Below, piece by piece: positions 57,964 to 59,213 of a stretch of DNA of 59,213 bases. Position 1 is the first letter of the stretch. Each line of letters opens with the position of its first letter. The DNA is from Snowella sp. (lineage in GTDB: Bacteria > Cyanobacteriota > Cyanobacteriia > Cyanobacteriales > Microcystaceae), in assembly GCA_035285545.1 (NCBI GenBank), contig JAYKGY010000056.1:1-59213 (forward strand), given 5' to 3'. The translations under genes were made by a program, and so were the position numbers. Under the pieces are notes generated by a model that did no database searches, was not told the origin of the DNA, and saw only the letters and a program-made list of their open reading frames with translations.

Positions 57964-58854
57964 ATGACAAATTATCAGATCGACAATCGGCAATGGTGGG
58001 TACAGCGTTGGCTAGAATTATTAGATTCCTATCGGTTTAAAAAGCGATTAGAACGAGCAAGAAATTATGCTAGAGAAGGTAATATTTTAAGTATTGAATT
58101 TGAAAATGCTCAGGTATTGGCCAAGGTTCAAGGGAGTGAGATCGATCCCTATCAAGTATCGTTAAAACTCGATCTTTTTACGGATGAAGATTGGCATTAT
58201 GTCGTTTCTAGCCTTGCAGAAAAGGCGATCTATTCTGCCCAACTGTTGGCGGGCCAAATGCCTGAAAGTATTGAGCAAGTTTTTATTAAAAATGGGTTAA
58301 ATTTATTTCCTTTTTCCCTATCTGATATTCACTCCCGCTGTAGTTGTCCTGATAAGGCCAATCCTTGTAAACATATCGGAGCAATTTACTATCAATTAGC
58401 CGATCGCTTCAGTGAAGATCCTTTTGTGATTTTTCAACTACGGGGGCGAACGAAACCCCAAATTTTAAGCGAACTTAGACAATTACGGAGTCAGGTTATT
58501 TCATTAGATAAGGAAAATAATCAGGACGCGATCGCTGATCATCAAAACGTATTGAATCCCGAACGAGAAACCCCATCAGAACCGCCACCATTAGCCAAAA
58601 AGAGCCGTAAAAAGACCTCCTCCCCCAAAGCGGATACCGTGTCAGAAATCAACCATTTTTGGCACTACGATGAACCCCTTGATCCCTCCTTAGTGGTGAT
58701 TACCCCTCCTGCGGGCCAAAAAGATATTTTAGAGCTTTTAGGAATGCTTCCCTTACCCTATGAAGAAGCGCAAGAAGCCAAGCAATCTTTGCAACAAATT
58801 TATCAAGCAATAGGACAAAAAGCGTTAATGCTGGCGTTAGGTCAGGAAGAATAA
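57964..58854 (+). CDS. SWIM zinc-finger protein
   Basis: RLERARNYAREG and CSCPD...CKH motifs; DPFVIFQLRG. Likely ATG at 57964. Confidence 0.9.
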   Translation: MTNYQIDNRQWWVQRWLELLDSYRFKKRLERARNYAREGNILSIEFENAQVLAKVQGSEIDPYQVSLKLDLFTDEDWHYVVSSLAEKAIYSAQLLAGQMPESIEQVFIKNGLNLFPFSLSDIHSRCSCPDKANPCKHIGAIYYQLADRFSEDPFVIFQLRGRTKPQILSELRQLRSQVISLDKENNQDAIADHQNVLNPERETPSEPPPLAKKSRKKTSSPKADTVSEINHFWHYDEPLDPSLVVITPPAGQKDILELLGMLPLPYEEAQEAKQSLQQIYQAIGQKALMLALGQEE

Positions 58855-58901
58855 GGGATTTGATAGCCAGGGATAATGGGGGATTTTAAATGATTTCTCT
58901 C

Positions 58902-59213
58902 CCTATGGTCACGAGAGTAGCCATAATTTATCTCTATTGAAACTGGTTCATCCTCTTCCTCCTTTTCTTCGTCCTTTTCCAGAGAATTCTCTTCCTCTTT
59001 TTGCCGAAACGCTCTACCATCACAAAAGCTATTTTTAGGAAAAGGCGGTTTACACCATATTCGTATAATTGCTCTAATACTCTCCCTAGTCGGCTATCGT
59101 TTAAATATTCCGCTTTTATTCCTTTCCCAATCAGATGTTCTGTTGCTTTCCCCCTAAAAAATTCACTAAATAAGTACAAGGGAGCCGTCAGAAATCCCAT
59201 GCAGTTGATGAGC
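58902..59213 (-). pseudogene. Decayed IS1634-type (IS4-like, DUF4277) transposase
   Basis: GFLTAPLYLFSEFF...EHLIG...LNDSRLGRVLEQLY, then a frame change to EEEDEPVSIEINYGYSRDHR, after which similarity stops. Confidence 0.82.

Overview
Chromosomal segment of a unicellular cyanobacterium, probably Chroococcales-like. The assignment rests on very frequent HIP1 octamers (GCGATCGC), cyanobacterial gene content, and NtcA, NdhR and Pho-box promoters. From left to right: (1) an accessory patch (1-1956) with the end of an IS5-type transposase, toxin-antitoxin remnants and an AT-rich protein with repeated Cys/His and HTH-like modules; (2) leuA; (3) a small orphan ORF with a C-terminal Cys pair, then a filamentous-haemagglutinin-like exoprotein and a TPR-CHAT (caspase-like) protease, then a type IV pilin; (4) rpmB and an ABC substrate-binding protein; (5) a five-gene two-component cluster; (6) the conserved block rpmH-rnpA-PH-yidC-jag-yqeK-rsfS-CGLD27-asparaginase; (7) Uma2, eno, an LRAT-like gene coupled to hddC-hddA, and panD; (8) nutrient-acquisition loci with readable operators: nirB/nirA (NtcA plus NtcB-type motifs), sbtAB with a probable sbtC (NdhR motif), and two giant multidomain extracellular phosphorus-scavenging enzymes (Pho box); (9) DUF3531, a CpcT-family lyase, a SWIM protein and a decayed IS1634-type transposase. 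No tRNA, rRNA or CRISPR array was seen. All family assignments come from recognising motifs by eye, not from database searches. The best candidates for something undescribed are the small-ORF/FHA/CHAT trio, the nested 2529-aa phosphatase-nuclease with an inserted CHRD domain, the LRAT-hddC-hddA unit and the duplicated Zn-finger/HTH protein.
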